A DNA stretch of 64,000 nucleotides from a bacterium. Its GTDB lineage: Bacteria > UBA8248. The DNA lies in the NCBI GenBank assembly GCA_965225985.1, contig OZ245330.1:3098019-3162018 (forward strand). The letters run 5' to 3'. The notes under the pieces were generated by a model that saw nothing but the letters and a program-made list of their open reading frames with translations, ran no database searches and was not told where the DNA came from. How positions within the stretch are numbered: position 1 is the first letter of the stretch; each line of letters begins with the position of its first letter. Of the stretch, positions 9,812-19,833 are shown piece by piece. Made by a program: the position numbers and the translations under genes.

Positions 9812-11134
9812 TCACGATGTAAATCGGAAACCGCCGACCAGCGCTCCGGGCAGCAAGCTTCCCCGCATGGATCGGGAGGAGTAGGTGCCGCCGTCGGCGA
9901 TGAGATCGCGCTCGGCGGTCAGGCCCAAAAGGTTCTCGCCCAATGCACGATAGAGGGTTTCGTCGAAACGCATGACCGCGAGCGGGGCCTGAATTTCACC
10001 GCCCTCCACCCAAAGCGTTGCAAAGCGCGTGAGACCCGTAATCCGGCAGGCGGGGATGTCGGAAAAGTTGAGATACCACAGATTGTTGACGTACACCCCT
10101 CTCTCCAGCTTCGAGAGGACCCCGCTGGCGGAAACCTCCCCCGCCGTCATTTCGATGAACTGCGGCATCTCGCCCTCCGAAGCGCCGTTCGTCGCCACGC
10201 CATACTCCCGCGCGGACCGCGGCGAGACCAAGGCCTCGGAAAAGGCGCCGCCTTCGATAAGCGGGATGCGGGGGGGCCTCCGGAAACCCTGCTCCTGGAA
10301 ATCGGGCGAACGGCCCTCCCGGGACTCTTCGGTCAGATGGATCGATTTGCTGAGGAAGAAACCCTCTTCAAACATTTTCAAAAGGGGCGTCTTCTTGGTA
10401 CGGCAGGCCCGGAGGCCGAACCCGCCGTAGCTCACCAAATTCAAAAGCTCCCGAAGCGCCGCGGGCGCGAGGTAAACCCGGTATTCTCCGGGCGAAATGC
10501 GGCGGGGCGGGCGGGCGAGAACCTCAAGATGGCGCGCCGTCTTTTCCATTCGATGGCGAAACTCGGCGGGCTCCCACTCGGCCCCGGCGTACTCTCCCTT
10601 CGCGGCCTTATCGGCGGATCGGTACAGACTCCAATCGAGCCCAAAGCGAAACGTGGAAAACCAGTTCCGCTGCCCGAAAGAGTTTGCGAATCCCGCGTGG
10701 ATCCCTCCCGCCGCGTAGAAGCCGACGAGATCCTTCTCCCGGGCGGCCTCCAATACGGCCTCCGTCACATTCTGGGTGTCCGGAAGCCGATTTTCACTTC
10801 TCCATTCGCTGGAGCCGTCCTCGGTCGCAAAAAGAAGATGCGGATCCTCCGGAAGGATCGGCAGGATATCCCGAAGTTCCCCCAAGAGCCTCGAGACGGC
10901 GGGGCGATCCGCCTCGGCCCGGCCGCTGATGACGGTCTCGCCGCGGGCCCGCCGCCCATCATCGATCAATTCGAGAAGAAGATATCCCTGGAATACGGAA
11001 CCGGCCTGCCGGATTCTAGACCGGTTGAAGCGGACGAAATCCGAATCCTCCCCCCTATAAGAACAAAGGAGAATCTCACTTCCGCGCAGGAGGGAATTCG
11101 CCCAATCGGCGATGGCGTAGAAGAATTCTTTCAC
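9812..11134 (-). CDS. pmbA: PmbA/TldE-family metallopeptidase-like protein (peptidase U62 partner)
   Basis: 440 aa. It overlaps the tldD stop by 4 nt, has the PmbA_TldD fold pattern and lacks an intact HExxxH. Confidence 0.75.
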   Translation of the reverse strand: MKEFFYAIADWANSLLRGSEILLCSYRGEDSDFVRFNRSRIRQAGSVFQGYLLLELIDDGRRARGETVISGRAEADRPAVSRLLGELRDILPILPEDPHLLFATEDGSSEWRSENRLPDTQNVTEAVLEAAREKDLVGFYAAGGIHAGFANSFGQRNWFSTFRFGLDWSLYRSADKAAKGEYAGAEWEPAEFRHRMEKTARHLEVLARPPRRISPGEYRVYLAPAALRELLNLVSYGGFGLRACRTKKTPLLKMFEEGFFLSKSIHLTEESREGRSPDFQEQGFRRPPRIPLIEGGAFSEALVSPRSAREYGVATNGASEGEMPQFIEMTAGEVSASGVLSKLERGVYVNNLWYLNFSDIPACRITGLTRFATLWVEGGEIQAPLAVMRFDETLYRALGENLLGLTAERDLIADGGTYSSRSMRGSLLPGALVGGFRFTS

Positions 11135-12570
11135 CCCTGCTCTCCCCCGAAGACCTCGACGCCGGCGAAGAGACAGGCGGGCGAGGCGTGCCCTACGTTG
11201 ATCGCCTGGTTGGGCTCCCCCTTCCCGCAGTTGGGCGTTCCAAGGGCCTCAAACGTATCGCCGCCGCCCACCATCTTGAGGCTTCGCCAGAATTCGGGGG
11301 TGATGCCGCGGTAGCTTGGCTTTTTCGCCACCTGCGTCAGCCTTCCCCCTTCAATGAGCTGCCCCCACTCGCATCCAAACTGGAACTTGAGCCGGGAGTC
11401 ATCGATGGACCAGGAACAGTTGGTCTTCATGAGAATCCCCCTGTCCACGCCGGCGACCATCTCATCGAAACCCGAGCCCCCGGGTTCGATATTGAGGTTC
11501 GCCATCCGGTCGATGGGCGGGCGGTTCCAGTTGGTGGCGCGCGAGCAGGCTACTCCGGGAAGTTCCGCCCGGGCCTGGGAGATCAGCCCTCCGAGACCGC
11601 GGAGAAGAATACCCTCCCGGATGATGTACTCCTTCCGGGCGGGAACGCCCCAATCGTCGAAGCCGAAGCTCGCAAACTCCTCGGGGCGGGAAGGATCGAA
11701 CGTAACGTTTAAAAGATCCGAACCGAAGCGATAGCCTCCGAACATATCGCGCGTGACGAAGCTGGTCCCGGCGTAGTTCCGCTCGTCGCCGAGGATCCGG
11801 TCCAGTTCCAGGGGATGGCCGATGGACTCGTGGATTTGGAGAATCATTTGGTCGGGATCGAGGAGGAGATCCATCTTCTCCGAGGGACAGTTCGGGGCCG
11901 CGAGCAGCGCGAGCGCCTCCTCCGAAACACGGGGCGCGGCTTCAGCCAGATCGAACCCTTCCACCACCTCCCAGCCGCCCTGACGGCACCGGAGATGCCC
12001 CCCAAAAGTCCTCCGGACCGTTTCCGCCCCCGCGTTCGCGTATACGCCCATTCCCGGAAGAAGGTAGCGGAACCGCTGCCGGACTCGCCCTCCATCCGCG
12101 GTGATGAAGATGGTCTCCGCCTCTTTGTTGAACAGCGAGGCTTCCCAATCGGCGATCCGGTCGTCGGTCTTGAGACGCTGGTTCAAATCCCGGAGCAATT
12201 CCACTTTTTCCCGGAGCGGCACTTCGCTCCAGGCAACTTGGGTGGGGGTCTCATACTCGCCCTGCGACCGGGGAAAAACGATACGGGAATAATCCACCGC
12301 GCCGTGCCGGGCGCAAACCCGCGCCCATGCCGCCGCGTCCTCGACGGCTCTTGCCAGGCCCTTTTTCGTCAGATCGCAGGTGGCGCCATACCCCATTCCG
12401 CCTCCCTGAACGACGGTGACCATCGCACCGAGATTTTCCGACGACGCTACGGGCTGAAGGACATCCCGCCGCACCGAAAGGCTTTCCTTCTTCTCGCGGA
12501 CAAGCCGAAACGAGCAATAGCCCGCCTTGGGGAAAAGCTCCCGGCAACGCTCCTCAAGCCCGTTCCACAT
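11131..12570 (-). CDS. tldD: TldD-family metallopeptidase (peptidase U62)
   Basis: 479 aa. 'HESIGHPLELD' zinc motif and the C-terminal GxC...Gx glycine-rich TldD region. Confidence 0.82.
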   Translation of the reverse strand: MWNGLEERCRELFPKAGYCSFRLVREKKESLSVRRDVLQPVASSENLGAMVTVVQGGGMGYGATCDLTKKGLARAVEDAAAWARVCARHGAVDYSRIVFPRSQGEYETPTQVAWSEVPLREKVELLRDLNQRLKTDDRIADWEASLFNKEAETIFITADGGRVRQRFRYLLPGMGVYANAGAETVRRTFGGHLRCRQGGWEVVEGFDLAEAAPRVSEEALALLAAPNCPSEKMDLLLDPDQMILQIHESIGHPLELDRILGDERNYAGTSFVTRDMFGGYRFGSDLLNVTFDPSRPEEFASFGFDDWGVPARKEYIIREGILLRGLGGLISQARAELPGVACSRATNWNRPPIDRMANLNIEPGGSGFDEMVAGVDRGILMKTNCSWSIDDSRLKFQFGCEWGQLIEGGRLTQVAKKPSYRGITPEFWRSLKMVGGGDTFEALGTPNCGKGEPNQAINVGHASPACLFAGVEVFGGEQG

Positions 12571-12748
12571 GCGCTACGCACCTTCCTTTTCCGACTCATC
12601 CGGCCTTGCAGGAAGGCCGCTTCCCGCCGGCCCCATTTTATCATTCAAAGCGCGCTACGATTAAATTTTGATTTTTCTTCCGGATCCAGGAAGAATACGC
12701 GACAGAAGTATCCGGGTTCATCCTTTTCCCATTTATCCGGAAGGCGGC

Positions 12749-14041
12749 ATGAACGAATCAATGAGCGATCTCAACCGGCGCCTCGCCCTTTTGGAGCGGG
12801 AGGTCGCGCAACTGCGCCGCGTTCAGGACTGTACGGCAACCCTCATCAGCTCCCTCGAATTGGAGGAGTCTCTGTTCACGATCCTGGAAACGGCGCTGGA
12901 CGTCGCGGGCGCCGCACAGGGCTCCATTCTCCTCTACAACCCGGAGCGTACCCACCTTTACATCGCGAACGCCATCGGCATCAATAAAGAGACGGTGGAA
13001 TCCACCCGGATCCCGAACGGCGAAGGCATCGCGGGCATGGTCGCCCAAACGGGAGAGCCGATTCTCGTGGAAAATATCGACGCGGATCCCCGTTTCAGCG
13101 AAAGGCGAATCCGCCGGGAACGGTCCCAGTCTTTCGTCAGCCTGCCCCTCATCTACCGGGAAAGCACCTTGGGCGTAATGAACATGAGCCACCCCAAGAG
13201 CGAAGAGAAATTTCATCTGGAAGATCTGTCTCTCCTCACCGCGTTGGCGAACCAGGCGGCCGTCGCGATCGCGCACTCGGAACTTCACCGCTCTCTGTTG
13301 GAGAAGAAGAGCCTGGAGCAGCAACTGGAGACGGCGCGGGCCATCCAGGAAGGCTTCGTCCCGGCCTCGTTCCATCTCGCGGGGGACGGCTTCGAGTTCG
13401 CTGCGCGCAACCAGGCCGCGGCGGTCGTGGGCGGCGACCTGTATCATGTCGCCGCGATTTCCGAAAGCCGGTTCGCGTTTTTTCTCGGAGACGTATCGGG
13501 AAAAGGCATCGCGTCCGCCCTGTACATGGCGAGGCTATTCAGCGATGCGCGCCATCTCATCGGAGTGGACCCGGAGCCCGCTCCGCTCCTATTCGCCCTG
13601 AACGAACTCCTCTTGAACCGCCAGCACAGAGGAATGTTCGTCACCATGTGCTATGGCGTGGCCGACACCCTCTCGAAATCCATCCGGTTCGCCTGCGCCG
13701 GGCACCATCCCCCCATCGTACGGAGATGCGACGGCTCGATTTTCCAATCCGTTCCAGGCGCTATGAACGCACCCATGGGAATCGTTCCCCAGACAAATAT
13801 CGAGGCCGACACGATTTCGCTCGGCCCGGGAGACATCCTTCTCCTTTATTCAGACGGCGCAACCGAGTCCCACGACCCATCCGGAACCGAATTCGGGATA
13901 GAGCGGCTCGAGGAAAGCCTTGCCCAAACCCGGGGAAACGCCACCGCGGCAATCGGCTCCCTCTTCCAACGATTGAATGATTTCACCGCCGGCAGCCCCC
14001 CGCGCGACGACATCACCCTCCTCGCCGTTAGGGGGATCTGA
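12749..14041 (+). CDS. GAF-domain plus PP2C/SpoIIE-type serine phosphatase (RsbU-like)
   Basis: GAF region (SILLYNPERTHLYIANAIG...GIAGMV) followed by a PP2C region (GGDLYHV, FFLGDVSGKGIASAL, LLLYSDGATE). The start is chosen at the ATG preceded by GGAAGG. Confidence 0.82.
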   Translation: MNESMSDLNRRLALLEREVAQLRRVQDCTATLISSLELEESLFTILETALDVAGAAQGSILLYNPERTHLYIANAIGINKETVESTRIPNGEGIAGMVAQTGEPILVENIDADPRFSERRIRRERSQSFVSLPLIYRESTLGVMNMSHPKSEEKFHLEDLSLLTALANQAAVAIAHSELHRSLLEKKSLEQQLETARAIQEGFVPASFHLAGDGFEFAARNQAAAVVGGDLYHVAAISESRFAFFLGDVSGKGIASALYMARLFSDARHLIGVDPEPAPLLFALNELLLNRQHRGMFVTMCYGVADTLSKSIRFACAGHHPPIVRRCDGSIFQSVPGAMNAPMGIVPQTNIEADTISLGPGDILLLYSDGATESHDPSGTEFGIERLEESLAQTRGNATAAIGSLFQRLNDFTAGSPPRDDITLLAVRGI

Positions 14042-14056
14042 CGCCGGAAACAGAAA

Positions 14057-14506
14057 TCATAGCCTCTTGTACCTGTCGATCACGCGCTGGCGGAAGGCGC
14101 CCATCGTTGGAGCCGTATAGCCCGCAAGGACGCCCGCGATGGTTTGTAGCTCGGCGTGGTACTCGATAAGAGCCGACTTGAATATTTTCCGGTTGACCGC
14201 CGCCGTTCCCGTTGCGTCCGTGTACTCAGCGGCCTCGGCTTCGTTGCTCGCATCCACCCGGGCATCCTTTTCCGCCTGGGTTTCATCCCGGAGAACGGCT
14301 TGAGATGAACTTACGCCGTCCCACCTTTTGCTATCAGTATTGGGCGGCTTGTCAATCCCAGGAAACTTTAAGATCACAAAATCCGGATCATGTTGGTCTG
14401 TTCCGTCCGAATTTTGCCCGATGATGGGAAGAGAGTGCTCATCGAAATTTGGGCCATCTATAAATTCACCTGTCGATATTCGCGCGAGTGCCTTGATCGT
14501 CGTCAT
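14057..14506 (-). CDS. Phage hypothetical protein (distal end of the tail module)
   Basis: 149-aa ORF. It is the last gene of the minus-strand phage cluster, in a lower-GC segment. Confidence 0.45.
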   Translation of the reverse strand: MTTIKALARISTGEFIDGPNFDEHSLPIIGQNSDGTDQHDPDFVILKFPGIDKPPNTDSKRWDGVSSSQAVLRDETQAEKDARVDASNEAEAAEYTDATGTAAVNRKIFKSALIEYHAELQTIAGVLAGYTAPTMGAFRQRVIDRYKRL

Positions 14507-15879
14507 TAGAATTCATACCCCCCTATAAAGACTTGATGCGTCCCTGATGATCCTCGGTGGTACAACGCTTGAAATTCTGTGGGACAGTCACCGAGAACCG
14601 CTCCAGCATCCGTCGCGCTCGCATTTATATTGCGCCCGGCAGTACCAGCAAGCATAATTCCTCCCGCAGATTCGTGGCCGTCAGGAACGCCTGACACTGA
14701 GATCAACCTGTCCGCCGTTGAATGACCGCCGTGTAAATCTTTTAAGACCACAGGAACAGGCGGGATGAACGTACTTATATCGGCAAGGGTCGGGATGGTG
14801 GCGGTAGATGTGCCAAGTCCATAGCCCGCTACGGTATCCAACAAAAGACGAACATAGCGGGCCGCTTGAATAAATCCCTGAAGGTCGCTTCCGCTGTCGT
14901 TGTACACATAGCCGAGGAGCGCCGAGCCGTCGGCGTAGCCTGCGGGAAGGGAGAGCGCGGTCGGCGGGATGGTGACGAAGACCTTGAAAGCGAAATCATG
15001 CCCCGCGATATCGGACCAAGCTGTGCCGTTGTATGTCTTGGCGATTCCTGCCGCATAGCCCCCCGCCGAGTTGGAGCGCCAGACGATGTTGACCGTTGCG
15101 CTTGCCGTATAATCGCCCTGAAGGACAAGTGCGTAGGTAGTCCCAGCCGTCAGCGAGGCGGGCGAACGAAACGGAATGCGAATGAATCCAGACGATACAG
15201 GTAAAGCATCAACTTTAATTTTGTCTGAGGTGGCAAGGGGCGTCCCGTCCGGGTCGCCGCCGGAAAGCGCTTCGATGGTCGCCCAGATGCGGCCTGAGAC
15301 AGCAGCTTGACGAAAAAGTCTTATGTCAACGAATTCAACAAAACCGGTAGTGTCCGTATCGAAGGTTTGAGCCAACTTAACGTTAGTGGTCGCTCCCTCT
15401 CGAAGCTCCTGATTGGTATCGTTTGTGGTCTGCGTCTCATCCTCAAAGTACCGTTTCGCCTCCCGCCCGAGAAGGCCCTGCCCGGAGCTTCCCTTGCAAA
15501 GATAGACCTCCCACCACCTAGGTGCCGCCTCCGTCTCGCCGCTCATTTTTCCGTTGATGCCAGAAGCGGTGATGTCGAAGGTGAGGATGCTTGAAAGGGC
15601 GACGCGCTCACCGTTTGAGAGGATGGCCTGCGCGTTGTCCCCCGGGAGCATCTTAACCTTCACCGCCGCGCTGTCCTTATCTGGATCGGTGCGGAGAACG
15701 ATACCGTCAAACCCCGTGAGCCCCCGCAGGCCCAACGCCAGCAGCGAGGTGACCGCCGCCGCCTTATGGGTTCCGTCGGTGTTGTGTTCAACGACATCGA
15801 GGCGGTTCAGGGTGTCCGCTTTCGAGGGGTGGCCCGGCCCAACCATCTCCTCGGTGTACTGGATTCGCTGATCTGCCAT
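14506..15879 (-). CDS. Phage tail fibre / receptor-binding-like protein
   Basis: 457 aa. Gly/Thr/Ser-rich beta-like composition. Its position after the baseplate-like gene suggests a fibre. Lower GC. Confidence 0.55.
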   Translation of the reverse strand: MADQRIQYTEEMVGPGHPSKADTLNRLDVVEHNTDGTHKAAAVTSLLALGLRGLTGFDGIVLRTDPDKDSAAVKVKMLPGDNAQAILSNGERVALSSILTFDITASGINGKMSGETEAAPRWWEVYLCKGSSGQGLLGREAKRYFEDETQTTNDTNQELREGATTNVKLAQTFDTDTTGFVEFVDIRLFRQAAVSGRIWATIEALSGGDPDGTPLATSDKIKVDALPVSSGFIRIPFRSPASLTAGTTYALVLQGDYTASATVNIVWRSNSAGGYAAGIAKTYNGTAWSDIAGHDFAFKVFVTIPPTALSLPAGYADGSALLGYVYNDSGSDLQGFIQAARYVRLLLDTVAGYGLGTSTATIPTLADISTFIPPVPVVLKDLHGGHSTADRLISVSGVPDGHESAGGIMLAGTAGRNINASATDAGAVLGDCPTEFQALYHRGSSGTHQVFIGGYEF

Positions 15880-15890
15880 CTGCCTTTCTC

Positions 15891-17102
15891 CTAAGCGTAA
15901 ACGTTGAAATCGCGCCGTCCGCCGGCGAGGCTCCCGCCGTCCGCCGTCTCAGAGCCGTCCGCGAGGGCGGCCGCCGTCAAAAAGTACCCCGTGTCGCGGA
16001 TTCGGATCTCCATCGTCTGCTCCCTAAGGTCCCGCGCGATGGAGAGAATATCGCCGATCTGATTGGTGAGGGGTTCGAGCTCCTCCGTCCGCAACCAGGG
16101 AACCGAGAAGACGACATAATCGTGCGCCTCGGCCAACAGCGCCCGCCAGGTGGAATCACGGATGGTGAGGATCCGGCTCGGCGCCCCCATCCGCTCCACG
16201 ATCCGCCCCTGCACGGCGCGGGCGGTCGCCGACCCGCGGATCCATTCGAACTCGAGCCGCCCCCGCGCCGGGAGGCGCACCCCGTAGAGCGCCTGGGAGG
16301 CGGCGTCGAGGGTGGCCGCCCCGTCGTCGTGCTGGATGAAATCGGTTGTCTTTCCCGTAAAATTCCGGGAAAAGAGCGCCGGCACCTGGTTCACCACCCC
16401 CTCGCGGCTCGTCTCGCAAGAGACCGAGGCCGCCTCGAGGGAGGGGAGCGCCAGGGCGGGGCGGATCGCCCCCGCCTCCGGGCCCGCGATCCCCAGCCGG
16501 AGCCGCCCGCGCGGGTCCACCTCGTACCAGCCCAGAAAATCGGCCAGGATGCCCGTCAGCGCCTCGGCGGGCGCGCGATCGTCCGCGATCACCCCCGCCG
16601 CCAGGTAGCCGAGCCCCGCCGCCACCGCCCGCCCGAGCGCCACCTGATCCAGGTCCCGCGAGGTGTAGCCCCACACGTTCACCATTAAATCCTCGGCGAT
16701 CCGGGCGGGGTTTTCGATGAGGGCGCCCGAAGCGTCCTTTTCCCCCTTGCACACCGCCGTCACCTCGCCGTTCGGCACGGCGGAGAAGGCCGCCGTCGCG
16801 ATGACCCCCACCCCCTGGAAATCGTCTGCGAGGTTCAGGGTGTAGTCCCCCCCGGCGATGAGGCCGTCGTCGTCGAAAAGGCTCACCGCGCCCAGGGCGG
16901 CGTGCCCCGCCACGCAGTAGGTCCCCGCCCCCGCGGTGTCGATCTTGGGGAGTACGTAGACCCCCGCGTCGGTCCGGGCGGGCACCGTCAGATCCCCGTA
17001 GACGATGGGGAGCGCGTCCCCCCCGTTCCCGGGGGCGGCGTAGCGCGAGGCCCGCGCGATGCGGAAAGGGTCCGCCAGCCAGTCCTTCGTCAGATCCGCC
17101 AT
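15891..17102 (-). CDS. Phage tail / baseplate-associated protein
   Basis: 403-aa ORF with strong coding character between the fibre and tail genes. Confidence 0.5.
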   Translation of the reverse strand: MADLTKDWLADPFRIARASRYAAPGNGGDALPIVYGDLTVPARTDAGVYVLPKIDTAGAGTYCVAGHAALGAVSLFDDDGLIAGGDYTLNLADDFQGVGVIATAAFSAVPNGEVTAVCKGEKDASGALIENPARIAEDLMVNVWGYTSRDLDQVALGRAVAAGLGYLAAGVIADDRAPAEALTGILADFLGWYEVDPRGRLRLGIAGPEAGAIRPALALPSLEAASVSCETSREGVVNQVPALFSRNFTGKTTDFIQHDDGAATLDAASQALYGVRLPARGRLEFEWIRGSATARAVQGRIVERMGAPSRILTIRDSTWRALLAEAHDYVVFSVPWLRTEELEPLTNQIGDILSIARDLREQTMEIRIRDTGYFLTAAALADGSETADGGSLAGGRRDFNVYA

Positions 17103-17233
17103 GGGTCACCCCTCATCCTTTCACCCCTTTGCTCCCCCTCCCCGGCCCTCCCCCGGCGGGGGAGGGAGCCGTTCTCCTCCCCACTCCCCCCCCCCATCGG
17201 AGGGAGGAAGGGTTAGGGTGCCTTGGGGCGCCT

Positions 17234-17775
17234 TTACGCCCCCTCGCACTCGAGGACCACCGCCTCCCGGCGCTCGACCGCCCGCCGCACCGAGAAGGAG
17301 GCGAGCGGCATGACATCCTCCAGGTCACCGCCCGCGAAGGCGGCGTGGACCTCCACCCTTCCGCCCACGACGGGCTCCTGGGCCAGGATCCGGCCCATCC
17401 GGGGGTGGCCTTCAACGTCCGGCGCGTTCGAGAGGGTGAGCGCGAGGCCCGAGAGCTCCCCCTCGCGGAAGACATCGAGGGGGGATCCGCCCCCCTTGGC
17501 CCCCTCGGTGAAGGCCCCCCCCGTCCAGCACCCAGTCGTGGATCCCCAGGGGCACCTCCGAGCCCTCCCCCGCGAGGGCCTCCCCGTCCGCGGTCCACGC
17601 GCCGTCGGCGAAGCGGATTCCGCCCGAGGCCGCGACGAGGGCGTCCGCCGGCACCGTGCGGCAGAAAACGCGCAGCCCCGCCGCGCTCAAAAGGTGGAAG
17701 AGCACCAGGGCCCGCCGCCCCGCCCCGTGGGCCGAGAGGTCCGAGAAGGCCGCCTCGCTCGCGTGCCGCATGTCT
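17234..17775 (-). CDS. Phage hypothetical protein, apparently frameshifted at a poly-C/G run
   Basis: N-terminal part MRHASEAAFSDLSAHG...GIHDWVLDGGG continues in another frame as FTEGAKGGGSPLDVFREGELSGL...VVLECEGA*. The break is at the homopolymer near 17480-17525. Confidence 0.4.
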
Positions 17776-18862
17776 CCCCGCCCCCTAAGGAAAGCCGCTC
17801 GCGCAGCGTGAGCTCGAAGGCGTAGTCGTCCGGCCCCTCCTCGACCGGGGCGAAGCGCCCCTCCAGGCGCATGAGGAGGAGCGCCGCCGGATCGTCCACG
17901 TCCAGATGGGCGAAGAGCGACTTGTCCCGCTCGCCCGAAACGTCCTTCACCGCCCGGAACATGGCCTGGAAGAGGTCCCGCTGCGCCCCGGTCACGTGGC
18001 GGTAGGGAAGGAACGCCGCCTCCCCCCGGTTGAGGAGCACCGCCTTCTCCACCTTGCTCTCGGTCTCCTGGCGGATCTCGAAGGCCTCGTCCCCCCGCAC
18101 GTTCCCCCACTCGAAGGCGTAGTCGGGCTCGAAGTAGTCCCCCAGGTACACCTCCGAAACCTCGATGTAGCCGTCCGGGTTCCCCGAATCCCCCTCGATG
18201 AGGAGCCGCCAGTAGCGGTAGGTCTTGGTCGCGCTCGTGAGGTAGCGGTGCAGGGTCCCGGTGCGCCAGGCGATGGTCTCCTCCAGGGCGGGCGCGCCCC
18301 AGGCGTCCGCCGTGTTCCCCTGGATCTTCACCGTCCCCCCGGAGGAGATGTTGTGCCCGTAGACGGCGGCCGCCTTCACCTCCTGGGCGGAGCCGAGATC
18401 GAATACCAGGCTCTCCGGGTCCGAGGGAGTTCCCGAGCGCCAGGCCGTGTTGGGGTCCAGCTCGAAGGTCCGCTTCGCCGCGCGGAAGCGCGTCGCCGTC
18501 GCCTGCCAGCGGTCCCCCGCCTCGAAGGCCGGGGAGGAGGCGCCGTCCGAAAAGCGCACCCTCACCCCGTCGCCCAGGCTGGTGTCGGCCGCCGCGGTCG
18601 CCACCCCCGAGGCCTCCCAGGCCCCCGGGGCGGTCGCGGAGTTGCGCCACTTGAAGGTGGCCGCCCCGGTGTCCCCCGCCCCGTCGATCTCGACCGTGGT
18701 GAGGGAGGGATCGTTCCCGGTGTAGGTCCCCGAGAAGATCGCCGCGCCCGAGCCGTTCGCCACCCGGGGCACCGCCGCCCCGACGAAGCCCGCCGCCGTC
18801 GAGGAGGCCGTGATCGCCGTCCCCGTCCCGATCCGGTTCTGGTAGAGAAACCGGTGGCTCAT
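17687..18862 (-). CDS. Phage tail protein (hypothetical); the 3' end is uncertain
   Basis: 391-aa ORF. The last roughly 30 codons look out of frame and overlap the next gene, so the true stop is probably near 17790. Confidence 0.5.
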   Translation of the reverse strand: MSHRFLYQNRIGTGTAITASSTAAGFVGAAVPRVANGSGAAIFSGTYTGNDPSLTTVEIDGAGDTGAATFKWRNSATAPGAWEASGVATAAADTSLGDGVRVRFSDGASSPAFEAGDRWQATATRFRAAKRTFELDPNTAWRSGTPSDPESLVFDLGSAQEVKAAAVYGHNISSGGTVKIQGNTADAWGAPALEETIAWRTGTLHRYLTSATKTYRYWRLLIEGDSGNPDGYIEVSEVYLGDYFEPDYAFEWGNVRGDEAFEIRQETESKVEKAVLLNRGEAAFLPYRHVTGAQRDLFQAMFRAVKDVSGERDKSLFAHLDVDDPAALLLMRLEGRFAPVEEGPDDYAFELTLRERLSLGGGETCGTRARRPSRTSRPTGRGGGPWCSSTF

Positions 18863-18913
18863 GCCGTTCTCCTTTTTATTCCCTCACCCTGCCACTCCAA
18901 GCGGCAAGCCGCT

Positions 18914-19019
18914 CGGGGACCCCGCCTTCCCTCTCTCTGTCACCCCAAGCGCCAAGCCGCTCGGGGACCCCGCCTTCCCTATCCCTCGCCCCAAAAATAT
19001 CCGATTTTCGGGGACCCCG
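18914..19019. promoter_or_regulatory. Operator-like array: three copies of the palindrome CGGGGACCCCG spaced 47-48 bp apart, upstream of the tail gene that starts at 18862
   Basis: Exact palindromes at 18914-18924, 18962-18972 and 19009-19019. The first two sit in a 45-bp tandem duplication. The third sits inside TTTTCGGGGACCCCGAAAA, a perfect 19-nt palindrome. Confidence 0.5.
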
Positions 19020-19103
19020 AAAAGAACCAGGGAGAGGGTTTGACAGGGACGCAGGGAATTCTTCCCCGCACCCGCACAGGGCAATGTAAGAGAGGAGGAT
19101 GAA

Positions 19104-19126
19104 AAGCCAACTACCGGAAATTCGGG
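19104..19126 (+). repeat. Dispersed-repeat core copy (AGCCAACTACCGGAAATTCGGGG, then a duplicated AAATTCGG)
   Basis: Exact core. Further copies at 21614-21636 and 22304-22326 inside the tandem array. Confidence 0.7.
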
Positions 19127-19270
19127 GAAATTCGGAAAATTTTAAACGGGGAAAATCAGGCCGCGGGGGAGGGGTTCTCCCTGATGCGCCTGGCCGGAGC
19201 TCCCCCGCCCCGGGAGAGGGCTGGGGTGAGGGAAACTGCGCCTCGGCGACTTCAGTCCTTCCTGTTTTCC

Positions 19271-19495
19271 CTACTTGTTCGTGACCCTGACATCGAGTGT
19301 TGTGCCGGTGCTCTGAATTCCAATTGGCACGTATGCTAAATCAGGATTGATCCTTTCCCCGGCCACCCCGACAACATCCACCTGCATCACCCCCTGCGCG
19401 CCCAACCCCCCCGGCGCGAGCCAGGGGTTCAGCGCGATGAGCGTTAAGGCGAGGGCGATGACGGTCCAGACGACGTTCTGATATATCCCGCGCAT
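19271..19495 (-). CDS. Small membrane protein, copy 1 of the MRGIY family (constant N-terminal TM helix, variable C-terminus)
   Basis: MRGIYQNVVWTVIALALTLIALNPWLAPGG followed by a unique 40-aa tail. Confidence 0.55.
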   Translation of the reverse strand: MRGIYQNVVWTVIALALTLIALNPWLAPGGLGAQGVMQVDVVGVAGERINPDLAYVPIGIQSTGTTLDVRVTNK

Positions 19496-19833
19496 TTGAA
19501 TTCTCCTTTGGGATGGGCAGCGGAACTCGTTCTCACGCCCATTCTACCGCCATCCTTTCCGGCCGGTCCCCCTCCCTGCCCTCCCCCGAAGGGGGAGGGA
19601 AAAATGCTCCCCCTCCCCCCCGGGGGGGGGTTGGGGGAACCCCCAAAATCAAAGATTTTAGGGGGCCCCGGGGTGAGGGAAAAAATAACCCCCGCGCAGG
19701 GCATGGCCCGGAATGAAAGGCGCGAGGCGTTCAGAATTACATGAGGGGGGGGGGAATCCGGGATGCGGGGGAAGGAATTTCACCCTCTCCCCTTGGGAGA
19801 GGGTGAGGGGGATGAGGGGTGAGGGGAAAAATC

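Noticed and set aside
9812-12570. TldD/PmbA pair as part of a RiPP or microcin-type maturation cluster
   Set aside because: There is no precursor peptide, cyclodehydratase, dehydrogenase or transporter gene nearby. The pair looks like the common housekeeping tldD-pmbA arrangement.
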